Origin: Bispira polyomma
Lineage: Eukaryota
DNA: 64,000 nt
Assembly: GCA_965649765.1 (NCBI GenBank)
Contig: OZ287750.1
Span: 88,970,001-89,034,000, forward strand
Reading direction: 5' to 3'
In this document: piece after piece, positions 1 through 12,983 of the stretch
Layout: every line of letters starts with the position of its first letter
Numbering within the stretch: position 1 is the first letter of the stretch
Notes under the pieces: generated by a model
Told to the model about the DNA's origin: nothing
Databases searched by the model: none
Seen by the model: only the letters and a program-made list of their open reading frames with translations
Position numbers and translations under genes: made by a program

Positions 1-94
1 TAATTCCTTGTAGAATTTGTCTCTATTAATGCCAGTATGTTGTAAAATTGTGGTCTACGTCACTTTTTTCTGTTTAAAGATTATTGTGACATTT

Positions 95-250
95 CCCACA
101 GGTAATTTTTTTACTCAAAACTATCTCTTTGACTTTATAAAAACTTTTTTTTTACCTCTAGGACAGGCCGACCTGTGAAATAAATGACTCGACAGCTTCT
201 TATGAGGGTTTTTTGTCAGTTTGAGAGGAGTGGAATTATTTAGCTGACAA
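95..250 (+). repeat. Diverged direct repeat, copy 1 (copy 2 at ~6140-6290)
   Basis: Both contain cctc(t/c)aggacaggcc-gacctgtgaaataaatgac...acagctt.ttatgagggttttttt...tttagctga. Confidence 0.8.
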
Positions 251-896
251 AAGTTTATGGTTAAAAAATATATGTTTACAACAAAATCTTTGAGATGCAG
301 AGTACAAGAATATCTGTGTAGTAAGACAGAACAGTGATTGCAAGGTACTTTACATCATTCCACAATGTTTGTATTTGTTTAGCACCAATCTGATATTTTG
401 TTTATCTCAACATTTGAATAGATGGGTTTACTTTTAACTAAACTCTCCCATTGACAAATACAAATGTCAGTCATTTCTATTGACAAATCATAAGGTCCTG
501 TTGTTCCAACAGAGGTGAAATGTAATAGCGCTGTAAAATTTGTCAAAAATGGTCATTTGATATAATGTTAGTGTTACTGGGGTAGATAATTTGACTCCAT
601 CACTACATTTAGTTTATACAGAACCTAGATACAAATGACATATATACTAATCTTAGGTTTATCCAAATGTATTGTAAATGTTAACCAACCACAGTTCTCC
701 TTGGTGAAATGGGAAGGTCAAGGTTATGATAAGTTTCAGTTGAAGTAGTATAAGATTTCAGTTAATAAAATAGTTCTAGGTTTGAGGTATTTATTTTCTG
801 TACATTGTTAATCAGATATGTATGTACAAGCAGGGATAAAATAGGAAATTTTTTTAAATATTTACAATTTTTAAAAACACCCAAGCCAAACTAAAA

Positions 897-1864
897 CTAG
901 GGTATAGAGGAGGCAAAGGTGTGGGGAACAGCAGAAATGGCATCAGAATTTTGGTGAAGATAGGACCATACCTCAGATGACCTCCAAAGGCCATGGGCCA
1001 TTATGTTTTGAAGGGATACATTATTATTGAAGGCAAATATGGCCCCTGACCTTCTAAAAGTGTGAAACGTGTGTTCCTTAAGTGAAATACCTATGTGTGT
1101 AAGGAGTGTGGCCAAGGCTGAATGGACATGTGATTCTATAACTGGGAAATAAGGTGGTGATGAAGTAATAAAAAGTGGGGCCTCTGACGAAAGTGGCCGA
1201 GATTGTAATAGCTTTCTAAGGGCCCCTAATGGGCACAATGTTATATTTTTTAATGAAGGGATTAGTATCACATGGAATTGGGACCTATTTTGAAGGTTCT
1301 TTGCCCACTTCAAGATGAGGTGGGCGCCAGGGTGGCCAAAGACAATGTTCTTTCTTAAAAAGTGACGTGTTGGGTCAAATTTGGACCTTGAGTGTGGAGC
1401 TATATTTGAGATTCGGAGAAATCCGAAGAAAGCCACCATAAAGATTGCCCTGTATAGTAAAGGGTCACTGAGAATGTCACATGCTTTGGAAATAAGTATC
1501 AAATGGTGAATTTGGAAAATTCCCTTTGGGGAGGGAGAGAAAGGGGAGGTATGTGTTAGGCTTCTAGTGAATAGAGCCACAGTGTTATTCTGAAATATAC
1601 TAATGTCCCAGTTGAATTTGGCAGCCGTGTGTTTTAATGAAGCTATGTAATTGTTCACCATGTTCACAGATGAACCTGCCTGTATCAAATAATCTAGAAA
1701 AGAGATGAAAGAGTGAGTAGTGATGGTTTGTATTCCAGCATAGCAGTTAAAAGCAATGAAAGTTCTAAACTGGTTCTTGTAAGTTGCTGTGGTCTTAGGA
1801 CGAAGGGCACTGTTAATTCTCTGCCATGCTGATGCTGTGAAATTCTGAGTGACGTGGTTTTCAC
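897..1864 (-). CDS. Tyrosine recombinase of YR retrotransposon 1 (frame intact)
   Basis: AFFGFLRISN (catalytic R), HTFRRSGA (HxxR), AHGLWRS and WSYL (H/W and Y). The frame stays open upstream of the listed 1688 start (GENHVTQ...LRPKTTATYKNQFRTF) with no ATG. Confidence 0.93.
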
Positions 1865-1870
1865 CTGTAA

Positions 1871-2290
1871 TTATATGTTTAGACTTAGATTAAAATAATG
1901 CAATGGAATGTTCAGCCAAGTACATGAGTCCCTTATGATGTTAATCTGACCCTTGTGAGGTGGGTTGTCAGAGAATAACCGTGATAGCAAATCGGCTATG
2001 GTGGTCTTTTTCCCTTCAATATGTGTGATATCAATAGTGATGTCATAAATTGCTGAAATTAACCAAATGTTTTTCAAACAGAGTGCCAAGAATTCATCCT
2101 TAGTTTTGTTGGATTTAACTACTAGGACTACAGCCATGTTGTCACAGTGTAAGACTATGCGTTTATGGCTCCACTGCTCACCCCAGACCCTAAGCGTGAA
2201 AAGAATATTAAGCATTTCTATATGCACTATCGAAAGATTTCTATTATAAATGTTAAAAAATGGTGTGGCATACATTTGGTGAGCATATAT
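1871..2290 (-). pseudogene. DIRS-type RNase H domain of pol
   Basis: IVHIEMLNI, LHCDNMAVV and HIEGKKTTIADLLSR motifs. Confidence 0.9.
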
Positions 2291-2295
2291 TGCAC

Positions 2296-3140
2296 CTAAG
2301 CATGAATTACAGGTTTAATATATGTTATACCGTTATATTCCGGGAGAAATTTTACAAACCAAAGTAAATCCGCTTTCATATCTTCTGAAACCTTATAACG
2401 TTTGGCTCCGCTGTTGTTTCTGAATGCCATTAACAATCTGTTGATGAAAACCCTGGCAGGCTTAACACATTTGTGTATGTAAAGCAACTTGCCGAGTATC
2501 GACGCCACTGAGCCGTGGACCCAGCTGAACGCAACCGCAACCTGTTATTCTCAAAATGAATGCCTAATTTCATGGCGTCGACTGGGTCCACCCTCGGGTT
2601 TCGAAACGCGCGTGCCACGTCCAATTTGAAAATCTTGGGATTGTCTGTAATTCGAATCTGATCCACAATGTCGTCTATAGTGGGGAATTTTAAGACAAAT
2701 TCAATCCCGTCAAATTTCAGTTTGTCGACGTTATCATTCACCGAGCCATCTTGCGGATGTGAAAGGTTTAAAATAACACGCCTTTTGTCCTTATCTTTAG
2801 GTCTGGTCAGCAGTGGGGAGCAGTGAAACAGTTTGCTGTCTATTGTTGGACTAGGACGTAACATAGCTCCACATTGTTTCTCTTTATGTAAATATTTCTC
2901 AATAGCTTCCTTATGTTGGAGGGCCGAATGGTGATTAATTGTTTCCTTAACTTGTAAACTATCATTATTCTGTAGGGATAGAGGAAACCCAAATTTTATG
3001 TACTGGATGAGTAATTCATCTGGATAACCACTTAAAACCTCTTCCCAGGCCTGAACATTTAAACCTGAAACCAAAGGAATTCTAAATCTCCTATAATTAG
3101 GACATTCCGTGTCCTTAATTAAGTTTGCTATATCTGACAT
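2296..3140 (-). pseudogene. DIRS-type reverse transcriptase, internally deleted
   Basis: YIKFGFPL, CSPLLTRPK...RRVILNLSHP, FKLDVARAFRN and AVAFSWVHGS joined directly to SILGKLL...PARVFINRLL. The YxDD segment is absent. Confidence 0.9.
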
Positions 3141-4528
3141 TTGTTGTATAGACGTGATGTGTGATGTGTGATGTGAATTCGAAGTCAGTTTCTGAAGTGG
3201 TCAAGAAACCTCTAGTTTTATGGGGAAAGTTGACGTCCCTAACTGGGTAAGCATGCCTAACGTTGTCATATGAATCAATTTTCTGAAAGTTCTTGAAGTC
3301 GCATGACGCCGCCTTACCATTGTAACAGGGTTTAACTGTCTTGACCATTGCTGGTCTGTCATTACTGACTACATCAACTTTATTAACATTCAAATCTAGT
3401 AACAATTTGTCAATAATACCTATTATGTGTTCTGTGTAATTGACATTATGTTTATCCTTACAATTAATGTCTTTCTGGTAGTCATGCCAGGCATTTCTAG
3501 CCAACCTTTTGTCAACCTGGTCAACAAATTCGACCCCATAATTGCTATCTCTGTGTACCAGTAGTTGTATAGCATTCAATTATGTTGATGCAACCTGCTG
3601 GTGGATGGTCACATTTGAAATATTGGTTACATTGACCTATAATATTGTCCCCCAAAATATAAAATCCAGACAGTTCTGTCTGTTCACATTGTATGTGGGC
3701 CACAACTGAATTGTGGTTTCTTTCCGGTGTGTGATATAACCAATTGGTCACAGAGACAACAATTTCTATATTAGGCCCCTGAGGGCTACCATATCCAAGC
3801 TTGTGACTATCAACATTATTTAAACTTATGTAATGACTTTTAACTAGTTCCATGTTGTTACAATTACCTGCACCAGCAGTATAATTATCCGTTTGGATAT
3901 GCTCCTCATAACTCTAGTTCAGTTTATCTGTGTAAATACTATGGTTAGAATTATATTCAACCCCACTGGAATATTTCTTCCCCTTTCCCATAGCAGTGTT
4001 TTGAAAACCAGCCAAGTATTCGTCAGTATCATTACTGCACTCTGTGTTTGGGGAAAACCCAGACAGATCACTACTAGTGACTTTGTGCTTACAGAGCGTG
4101 ACAGCCCTGTTCTCCTTTCTGACCCCATCATTATACTGCCAGAGCTCAGTACCCATTACATTAGTGATGTCATTATGACCACAATCAGAATCACATTTGG
4201 TGTCAAATACAGTGTTAACTAAATTCTCTAAGTTAGTACCTTTTTCTACATGTATTTTAGCCGTACTTAACAAGTAAATATTGACATTTGAATCTAGCCT
4301 GTCATTAATCACTGTAACAGGTATTTGACTGACATTCTGTTCAGGTATATTATCCAACAAGTTCATATCAATACTAGCTTTAAACATGTTATTTACTGCT
4401 TTAACTGGTGATTTATCAGCCAGTTCACATTTTATTTCATTACATAATTTATTTGCATTTTCAACTACTAATAATTGATCTACTAATTTTACTTTTAAAC
4501 TTAAGCCTACTGTTAATAATTTGAGTTC
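3115..4528 (-). pseudogene. N-terminal extension of pol between gag and RT (unknown function, frameshifted)
   Basis: Chain of minus ORFs 3914-4387 (open from ~4528), 3545-3853 and 3115-3579 running into RT. No recognisable domain. Confidence 0.55.
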
Positions 4529-4553
4529 CTAGTCCTAGTAGTCGTCCTACGTC

Positions 4554-5750
4554 CTAGCGGTTAGACATCTGAGCCAGATCCGCCTGCTTGGCTGAATTAG
4601 CTTTGCAACATTGAAACTCCGGATGGTATACGTCTTTGTGTAAAACAGTGGCACAATGCCAGCAGATATGCTTGAAACCAGCATGATCAGACTTATGTAA
4701 ACACTTTCCCGAATTATACAATTTGCAGATCTTTGTAGCCCCATGTGTGCTGGGGGTCGAGCTAGTGGCCTTAGAGTTTGCCATAGCAAGTTGCGAAGCG
4801 CTGAGGCGATTGACAGCCCACTGTGTGCTATCACCCCACGCCAATCTTCCTTCTTCCACCTCCGTCATACTGGTGGCCCAGGCTGTCCCAGGGGAGTGAA
4901 GATGCGTCCCGAAGTGCCAAAATAACCTGTTGTATCATTTCTCTCGATATGGCGGTGTCCGTGACTTGTAGTGCATTGGCCAACTGGCCAGACGCCCACT
5001 GTGGTTGAGTTAAATCGTCAAAAATTGGTCACTTGCGTAAGGACCCGCCTGTCCACCCCTCATTCGCCCATCTTACTTTGGGATTACTTGTGGGAATGTC
5101 AGTGGCGTCAATGCCATCTGAGCTTGAAGGTTGTATTCGGCGAGTTTCTCATTCACCATAGCTTGAACGTCAGTGAGTGTCCGCAGTACATCGGCCTTCG
5201 GCACGATCCCGTCTGAGTTATAGGTTGAAGCACGGTGCAGCCCGGCTGCGTGTGCTGGTAGCTGAGCCGTGGTCCCTGTTGGCAACGCAAACTGAGGAGC
5301 AGTATGCTGTGAAACCATGCTGCTGACTGCACCTGTGTTAAGACCCATCGGGGCTACCGTAGGTAGTACTGGAATGCTGCTTGTTAAGGGAAATTGAGAA
5401 GCAGTACACTGCTGAGGCGCGTTTGAAGCCGACACCTGGATACTCGAGTCCCTTGCTTCTACACGGGCCAATCTTTGACCCAAGGCTGTGTTTGACTCTT
5501 CTAACTGTTTCAATATGGCCAACATCTGGGATGTACTATCGTCATGCACGGAAGGGTTGGTAACATGGATCCGAGTCGTTTCTGGGGATGCATGCTGTGA
5601 AGCCTGCGCGAACGGGATACTGAGGTCGGTAACTAAGCTGTCGTAGACATGGCTATTCTTACCCATTCTTTTAGTAGTGCTCTTCTTTGATGTCAACTTC
5701 TTAGCCTTGTTGTCTGTGGCTGGAGTTTTGGTAGTACGAGTTCTCCCCAT
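4554..5750 (-). pseudogene. gag-like ORF1 of YR retrotransposon 1
   Basis: Basic N-terminus, coiled coil (MLAILKQLEESNTALGQRLARVE), central VRWANE/FDDLTQPQW motif and C-terminal CKLYNSGKCLHKSDH..HICWHC finger. Frameshifted. Confidence 0.85.
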
Positions 5751-6139
5751 ATTGATACAATGAACACATAAAATATATAGTATAATATAAACAAACTAAA
5801 AACTAAAATACTAAAATCAAAGAAGCAATCAGAGCCTTCATTAACTTGGCAAAAAGATTTTGTGTGTTCATCTGTTGCTTCCTTATTCCAATATGGATGC
5901 CCAATGATACCCAAAGGTTAAACTTTTTTGGGGGGGAATGTCTCTGATTGGCTGCATGGTCACATGCTAGCCAAATAATAGTAATGCCCCTATTCGCCAG
6001 GGGTTGAGGTAGATGTTAATATTTCTGTTATGTGAACTGAATTAGCAGACCCCTTTTGGGTCGTGCTATACAAAGGCAATGTTTATATGTATGGCACATC
6101 CTTCAGACTCTTGTTCAAATATGTCATCACATCTTATTT

Positions 6140-6290
6140 ACCACAGCATTTTTATTTAAAAATATTACTTTGACTTCATCAAAGCTCTTCATTTCACCTC
6201 CAGGACAGGCCAGACCTGTGAAATAAATGACACAACAGCTTGTTATGAGGGTTTTTTTTTGTCACTTGGAGAGTGAAATAATTTAGCTGA
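6140..6290 (+). repeat. Diverged direct repeat, copy 2 (copy 1 at ~95-250)
   Basis: Same shared core as the 95-250 copy. Confidence 0.8.
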
Positions 6291-6379
6291 ATGATGCCTC
6301 CATTCTAGAAACAAAGTGTTATAATATCAAGGCTAAGTCATGGTACATAATTCTAAAATAGCAACCTAGACACACAACA

Positions 6380-6590
6380 ATGTACTAAATAGATGCCTCT
6401 TTTAAACAAAAGAAGCTTAAGGGGGTGTACAGAGGGGGAAAGCTAATTTAAAGAGATAGGTTTTAAGTTTTGTCTTTTTAGCCAAAAATTGTTTCTAGTT
6501 ATCTAAGCTCAACAGAGAGAGAGCTATAATGATTCCATTTCAAACGGGAAGAGAATAAGAAAGATATGGTCCCAGCCCTCTTGGGTGTAA
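6380..6590 (-). mobile_element. Degraded 3' end of an L2-type LINE
   Basis: Minus strand shows WN...LKTYLF, the ORF2 C-terminal motif also seen at ~11.7 kb and ~13.97 kb. Confidence 0.4.
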
Positions 6591-6613
6591 CAGAGATAAA
6601 AAAAGTTTCTCAT

Positions 6614-7071
6614 TAAGCCTACGCTTCCTTTCAGCATGTTTTTCTCGGCCGACGTTGGCCGATTTTATTGCTCTCTATATAATACAACCAAGTGCTTCCT
6701 TTCAGCATATTTGTATCAGATCCGATCAGACGTTGGCCGACGTCTGTTTGGCCAACATATTTTATTTCTCAGGGAGGGAAAAAAATCGGGAGGACTATCC
6801 GATTTTGAAACAAAAATGGCTACAAAATACTGTAATAGGTAAAGTTTTCATGCTATACATACTAAATATTTATTGGATTTTGAAGTTGAAAATAGCATGA
6901 CAAAGCTTATTTTATTGTGATAACTGTGCTTCTTTTTTCACCAAAATTCGTTGAGAAAGGGCTCAGATATTTAAGTTTATAGAGGGGTACCCTATTTAAC
7001 CTTACTATTCTGACGGCGGACACACACAAATCGGCCGATGTCAGAATATGCTGAAAGGAAGCGAAGGCTTA
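6614..7071. mobile_element. MITE family C, copy 1
   Basis: TIRs taagcctacgcttcctttcagcat / atgctgaaaggaagcgaaggctta, internal gacgttggccga repeats. Second copy at 60089-60420. Confidence 0.85.
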
Positions 7072-7734
7072 TAGTAGAATGCCAATTATCAAAATGTCTC
7101 CAGACACCGCTTTTGTTCGGACAAATGGAAATTTTCGGATCAGTGGGATATTAAAAAAGCAATACATGGTTGAGAGAAACAAATGGCCAAACATTGAAGG
7201 ATCCTTTGACATTTTAACCTCAACCATGATTGTAAAAAACTGTAGAGCAAACATTACTACATTAGTAATAGTTTGGGATAATTTCATTTAAATTAGTTAT
7301 TTTTCAAGTAAAGTATAAATAAATATTTAAAATATATTAATTATTCAGAAGTTTATTTTATAAATCTGCAATCTTTGCAGGATGCGATCTGTTATGTTTA
7401 ATTATAAGATCACCAATCTTTGCAACTGTTCCAAAACTGTTCTATATACTTTCGATGTATCAATATGAACTTTTTTCCAAATGCCAAAAAGAAAGTGGAT
7501 GAACTATATATCACTTAATTTTTTAATTGCTATTAAATAAATACACATATTGTGTCTAGTGAAAAGTTAGCTATGTGAAGGACTGTGAGCTTTATAAGAG
7601 GGCATTATGATACTCAGTTTGGCTTTAATTTATTTTGTTGAAAACTGTAGCCTCTGAAAGATTAGAGAATGAGAATTTTTCTTTTGTTAAAGAAGATTAT
7701 TTCTACAGTAAAATACACATACGCTGTATATACA

Positions 7735-8150
7735 AACTGACCGATTAGCTCATTGACCAAATTATTTACCCTCCCGCTCAAACATTAACACACTTACCCA
7801 CTTACTCCGTCATGAACAAACCCATTCAATCACAATTTACTAACTCAGTCACATATTCAGCCATGTACTCAGACACTCGCCAACCCACTCACTGAGACAC
7901 TCACAATCACTCATGAACATACCCATTTAATCAACCATGCACTCAATTACTCAGCCACTCAATCAGTTTTAACACTCACTCATAGCGCGTTTACCTACTC
8001 GGTCACTCATCCATTTACTCAGGCATTCAGCCACTTATTTACTCAGCCACTTGTCACTTGTTGACCTACTAACTAAATAACCTATCCGCTCATTCAGTAA
8101 CCCTCTCATATACTTGCTTACACATACAAATACCACAACCCACTTTACAG
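7735..8150 (+). repeat. Degenerate (ACTC)n-derived simple repeat
   Basis: Recurrent actca/cactca/actcagcca units. A similar tract lies at ~22615-22750. Confidence 0.6.
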
Positions 8151-11100
8151 TCTCAACAAGTAGCCTAATTAAAAGCTCCAACCACCAAATGATTGTGCTT
8201 TTTATTCTGTTCATTCTGTTCATTTAGAAGTCAAAACAGACGACCATCACCTGCGTCTTCAAGGCTTAGGGTATTGTATATGTATATATCTTCCAGACAA
8301 ATCTAATTAGACCAGGGTCTTCCTGGGATTAAATAAACTAAACAGGTCAAACCGTCCCCTTACTTACATTGTGTCCTTCACTGACACAAACAAGTTATTG
8401 CCCTCAAACTAAGTAAATTAGTCTGTCTGTTTCCTTATAAATAATGTATATGACCATGGTGTCACTTACAGTGATCTAGTCCACGTTGAAAAAATAATAT
8501 TAGCTGTGGATCTGTGCTTGTATAACTTATTGAAAGGCCACAGACAATTAACTGTATAAGTTATTGGAAGGCCAGAAACAATTAACTGAAAATAAATTGT
8601 TATTTGTTTAAGACCGTTCACAAGAGACCAGCTGTATTAGGTGAAAACTTTTAACAACAAACAGTCTCTATTAAGCTTTTCTTTAAAATTCTAATTTTTA
8701 AAAACTCTTTAGTAATGTTTTTTTTTACTTAATTACACATAAAGACCTGATGTCTACAAATACCAGTTAGGTGATACAATGAGGGGTCTTTTTAGCCAAG
8801 TTTGATTCGTGATTTTTGTGGATAAAGGTAAGAACAAAAATAAGAGTGAACATTTAAAATAGAGGAGAAACTCTTCGAAATTACATTGCATAATTTAAGG
8901 GAAAATAAATCTTTGAAATTACAGTGAGTAATTGAAGGGATAAAACCCACAAGGAAGTACCAAAACCTACACAAATGGCAGTAATAAATAACAAGAAACG
9001 GTAAAACCTTATAATTAGGCTTCGGCTAGCAATTTAAAGGAGTATTCCCCAGCACCACAGAAAAAAACCATTAGGTTAAACTGTTGTTCTAATGTAATAT
9101 ATTGTACAATAAAAAAAAACACTTCAATTCTTAGACGGTTTTCACATCTTGTGTTATTTACAGTTTCTGTAAAGTAATTTACAAGAAATTATCAGAAATG
9201 TCTCAATAAGTCAGGATTAGTAGCTCCACCACAAATAGTTTGAGCTAAACAAATATGTGACAGTAAAAATTTCGATCACGATTGTTACAGTATGTAAACG
9301 TTGCAGTATGTGGCAGAGGGTGTGGGTTTGTTTCCATAAGTCTAAAGGATTAGTGACCATAAGTAGCTAGTTCATGTACTTTTTTGCCGACATTTGTCTG
9401 TAAAAGTGACTACTAGTATCAAGTGTGCAGTCGTTCAATGTTTGTGATAGATTAGTGATAATAATTGTGTAGTTATGGCATGTTAGTGGCGTCTCCATGA
9501 CTTATTGTCAGAAGGTAATATAAACGTGACTTGAAAATTTAAGTGCGAAAATGTGATGGTCAGATAGGTCATTTTTCATTTTCAATCGTCCAACTTCCCG
9601 AATAGCCACATAATTGCATGTTAATGAGACCGGGCCATCACAACCTTTTTCTTAACCTTAATTATAGGTAAGAAATTCCTGTAACAATTAGTCTCTTAAC
9701 TTAAGATAGAGGCTTTGAGGATGACAATAGCAATTGTTCTGTCCCATGTTATATTTGTTATTGGCTTTTATGTGAGATCAAAATTCACTTGCATTCCTAA
9801 GTAAGTATATAACTCACAAGGCCACAGATAACTGGACCCAACCAAACATAATGTACGATAGATTAAATATGAATATTGTCATATCAAGACAGAACAGATC
9901 AGTGTGTCTTATCATTCAGTTGCTTGGCCTGACTCTATAGACCACTATTTCTGAAGCCAAAAAATGCCGTTTGAAGTGCAATAAAATAAACCCCATGACA
10001 GATTTATTGCTGTCCATATGGTAACTATTGTAGCAGCAGTGATTGTCTGCAGTTACATTGTCTTATGCTTAATAATTTGCACAATTATGGGAAAGTATTT
10101 TAGGTTACCTCTAACTGGAGGTAAGAGTGCCTAACCTGTTGAAAGTATTTTTTAAAGCAATTACAATTTTGGTATGACAAACCATAGTAGCCCAAAAACC
10201 GTTTAATATCTAAAATCTTTGCATTTTTTGTAGTTTTAGAGATAATTTTTATTAACTGAAAGTATACTCGAGTCCTTTTCAGTATTTACACCTATGATTT
10301 ATGTAATGAAACACACTATTCTATTTTCCAGAGAAACATACACTGTCTATAAATTTCTAGAATTTTGTGAAAAGCAAACAAAAGCATATACATGCCAGAA
10401 AAAATGTCAGATTTTGTGCAAGACAGCCTTTACATTCTCACTCGGGACAGAGGCTTAGGAATGGCCACTTACCCTATATAGTGGTTGGAGTAGGACCCAC
10501 TGGAAAACGGATGAACAGTTTAATTAGTTATTGGGAGTTTGTATGCTAAAAGATAACGTTAAGAACCCTGATCAATGCTCAAATGTGTTTCCAATAGGTT
10601 ACTGTGGCCCAGTGATTAGGATCTGGTGATGAGAAGGGCCCCTGTTCAACTCCCGGTTCTCGCAGAACAGGCACCTTACAGGATGAAAATAGCAATTTGG
10701 TGCTCTATATAAATTCTTCTAGCTTAAACAAAAAGCTAGAATGAAGGGGGAAAAATAAGCTCAAAAGAGTAATTTTGCCGACTTTAACTGCTTAAAAGAC
10801 CTCACTGAAACAGTTTTATATTTTTTTATTTGTAAAAACCTGCCACTTTCACTTGCGTGCAGTCTTCTTATATGGCCATGCTATTTTAATACATTTAGTT
10901 GTAAAATGGACTAAGTGATTAAAACGTCAGACCAAACTATTTAGATCGCACTAAAGATTTTAGGGTATTAAAATATCCTTTGGGTATGACTCTTACCGCT
11001 GATACTTTATTAGTGGATTACTTATTGCTATTTTGGATTATTCCCTTGGGCAAAGTGCACATTAATTCCAAGTGGCAATTAAATTATTAATTGTGTCTTA

Positions 11101-11559
11101 AGCTAAAATGATAACCAAGAAAATATAAAAAACAAAGGCATCCTTAAAATGATCACTGAAATGTTATTTTGGCTAAGATTTTACATTGATACAGTGTTAC
11201 TTAATGGTAGTGCAGGTAACAAACATTACGCCTGTCTTACCAACTCAGCACCCATTTTACATGACATTTGGTATTTACCCCTTTTAATAAAACTGGCATA
11301 AAGTAAATTCTGCTTAAGATATGACAAAGAGTCGTCCAGGTACCAAGACTGGTTAAGAGGGAACCTTTTGATAGATATTCAACCTTTTGATAGACATTCA
11401 TTATTAATGAATATAGGTTTTAATAATAGTGGACATCATACACTGAACTGCTTCATTACATTGAGAATTATAATTTGATGTCAATAAAAAATGTCTGTAT
11501 GAGGGGGGGGGGGATACCACCGTTACTATGGTTCAATTAAAACACTGCGTTTGACACTA

Positions 11560-11940
11560 ACAGATACAAGCTTTAATAAGACTGAACACAAAGTACCATT
11601 ATCAATTATTAACCAATCGAGAAGTAAAAAAAACCGAGCCATCTTCATCAGAAAGAATGTGGGAGTCTACTCGGAAGGAATTAAGGTGGGTAAGCTAGTT
11701 TTAAGAGATAGGTTTAAAGATTTTCTGAACTCATTGAAGTTTTTTTCTAAACCCATAAAGTCTTATAGTGATCTGAGCTCATTAGGATGACTATTTCATA
11801 ACATAGGGGCAGCAAATGAGAAAGTTCTAGATAAAGCCCTTTTGCTAGGTATCTTTCCAATCTTAAGCATAGACAGGTAGCAATGTGTAGCTGTTCTGAG
11901 CACATCTAATTTGATGTTGGGGATTAAAAAAACTAGAGGT
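11560..11940 (-). mobile_element. 3' fragment of an L2-type LINE
   Basis: Minus strand reads FSFAAPML...FRKSL-TYL followed by a 3' UTR. Confidence 0.55.
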
Positions 11941-12983
11941 CAAACTCTCCTCGTTCTTACGTTGTATCCCTGTTATTGTCCCACGTTATTTTTCACAAAA
12001 AACTCAGTTATGGCCTTAAAACTAAGTAAATTTATTATATATTTATAAATAACCTATGTGACCACAGTGTCATTATAGTAATGAAGTCTATGTTGACTGA
12101 TGAATATCAACTTGCATCTCTGATTATATTGGATATTGGAATACTAGGTTTGCTTTTTAAATCATGGCACCCACAAGATATCCAAAGAAAGAGTGATTTT
12201 GTTATGTTAACAAATTATTTTACAAGAGATATCATGCTTTCACTTTTTTAAGTGTTACTTACCAATGTTTTCTTTAATTTAATTTCATATAAAGACTACC
12301 TGTCGGCAAAGACCACATTTGTTTTATTAGACGAAGTAAATGTCAACCTACATCTGAAAGACTTCATCACAATAAGGGGAAAATACGTCCAGCTGTATTA
12401 CAAATAGGCTTTCCCAGTGTGACGCATTCTTACACAATGACTTAACTTACCTAACCAAGGGGAGGGGGGGAGGGGCTTATAAACTACAGAAAAAAAGAAA
12501 AGATTGCTTTGTGTTTACAAAAATATTTCTTCTTCCTCACATTGACCCCATTTTGCAGGCCAAATAATTATTCAAAGATACTGCTTTGAATTCTGAGAAT
12601 AAAAAAAAACTGTTCTGTTATTTTTAAAATATAATCTGTTTTCCTAAGAAAATAAGTTAATTATAATGTTATAGGAACATTTAAAAGGGTAAATGTTTTC
12701 ATTAAAAATAAACAATTCAATAACGTTTTAAAATCCTTTGTTTTAAAGTGTTTGGATTTGTGTATTGCATAGACATTTGGGGATTCTACGAGAGATGGGT
12801 TACTCAATTCTCCTGTACTTCTTTGTAATGTGAAAATTTATATTGCTTCAAGTACAAGATGTTCCACGATGGCTATTTGGTGACTGTATCATTTGTAATA
12901 AGCCAAAGGTCAACCATCAGGAAGTGATAGCTGCCCTAACCTGGACTTGAACATTGCTGCTTTGAAAGACCATCAACATGTCA

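Larger units (their letters stand above)
897..5800 (-). mobile_element. Tyrosine-recombinase retrotransposon copy 1 (DIRS order, Ngaro/PAT-like, no methyltransferase domain seen); defective
   Basis: Minus-strand order gag (CCCH finger), long linker, RT, RNase H, YR. Frameshifts in gag/pol and an RT deletion. Terminal repeats not identified. Confidence 0.92.

Noticed and set aside
897-1688. Phage integrase or prophage
   Set aside because: The recombinase is linked to gag, RT and RNase H of DIRS type, in eukaryotic repeat-rich DNA.
10597-10670. tRNA-like A/B box remnant (similar at ~18970-19030)
   Set aside because: Too degenerate to call. Probably old SINE heads.
7069-12600. Assorted 60-80 aa ORFs here and at 17-25 kb, 30-35 kb and 57-62 kb
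   Set aside because: No motifs. Lengths are as expected by chance or antisense to TE coding strands.
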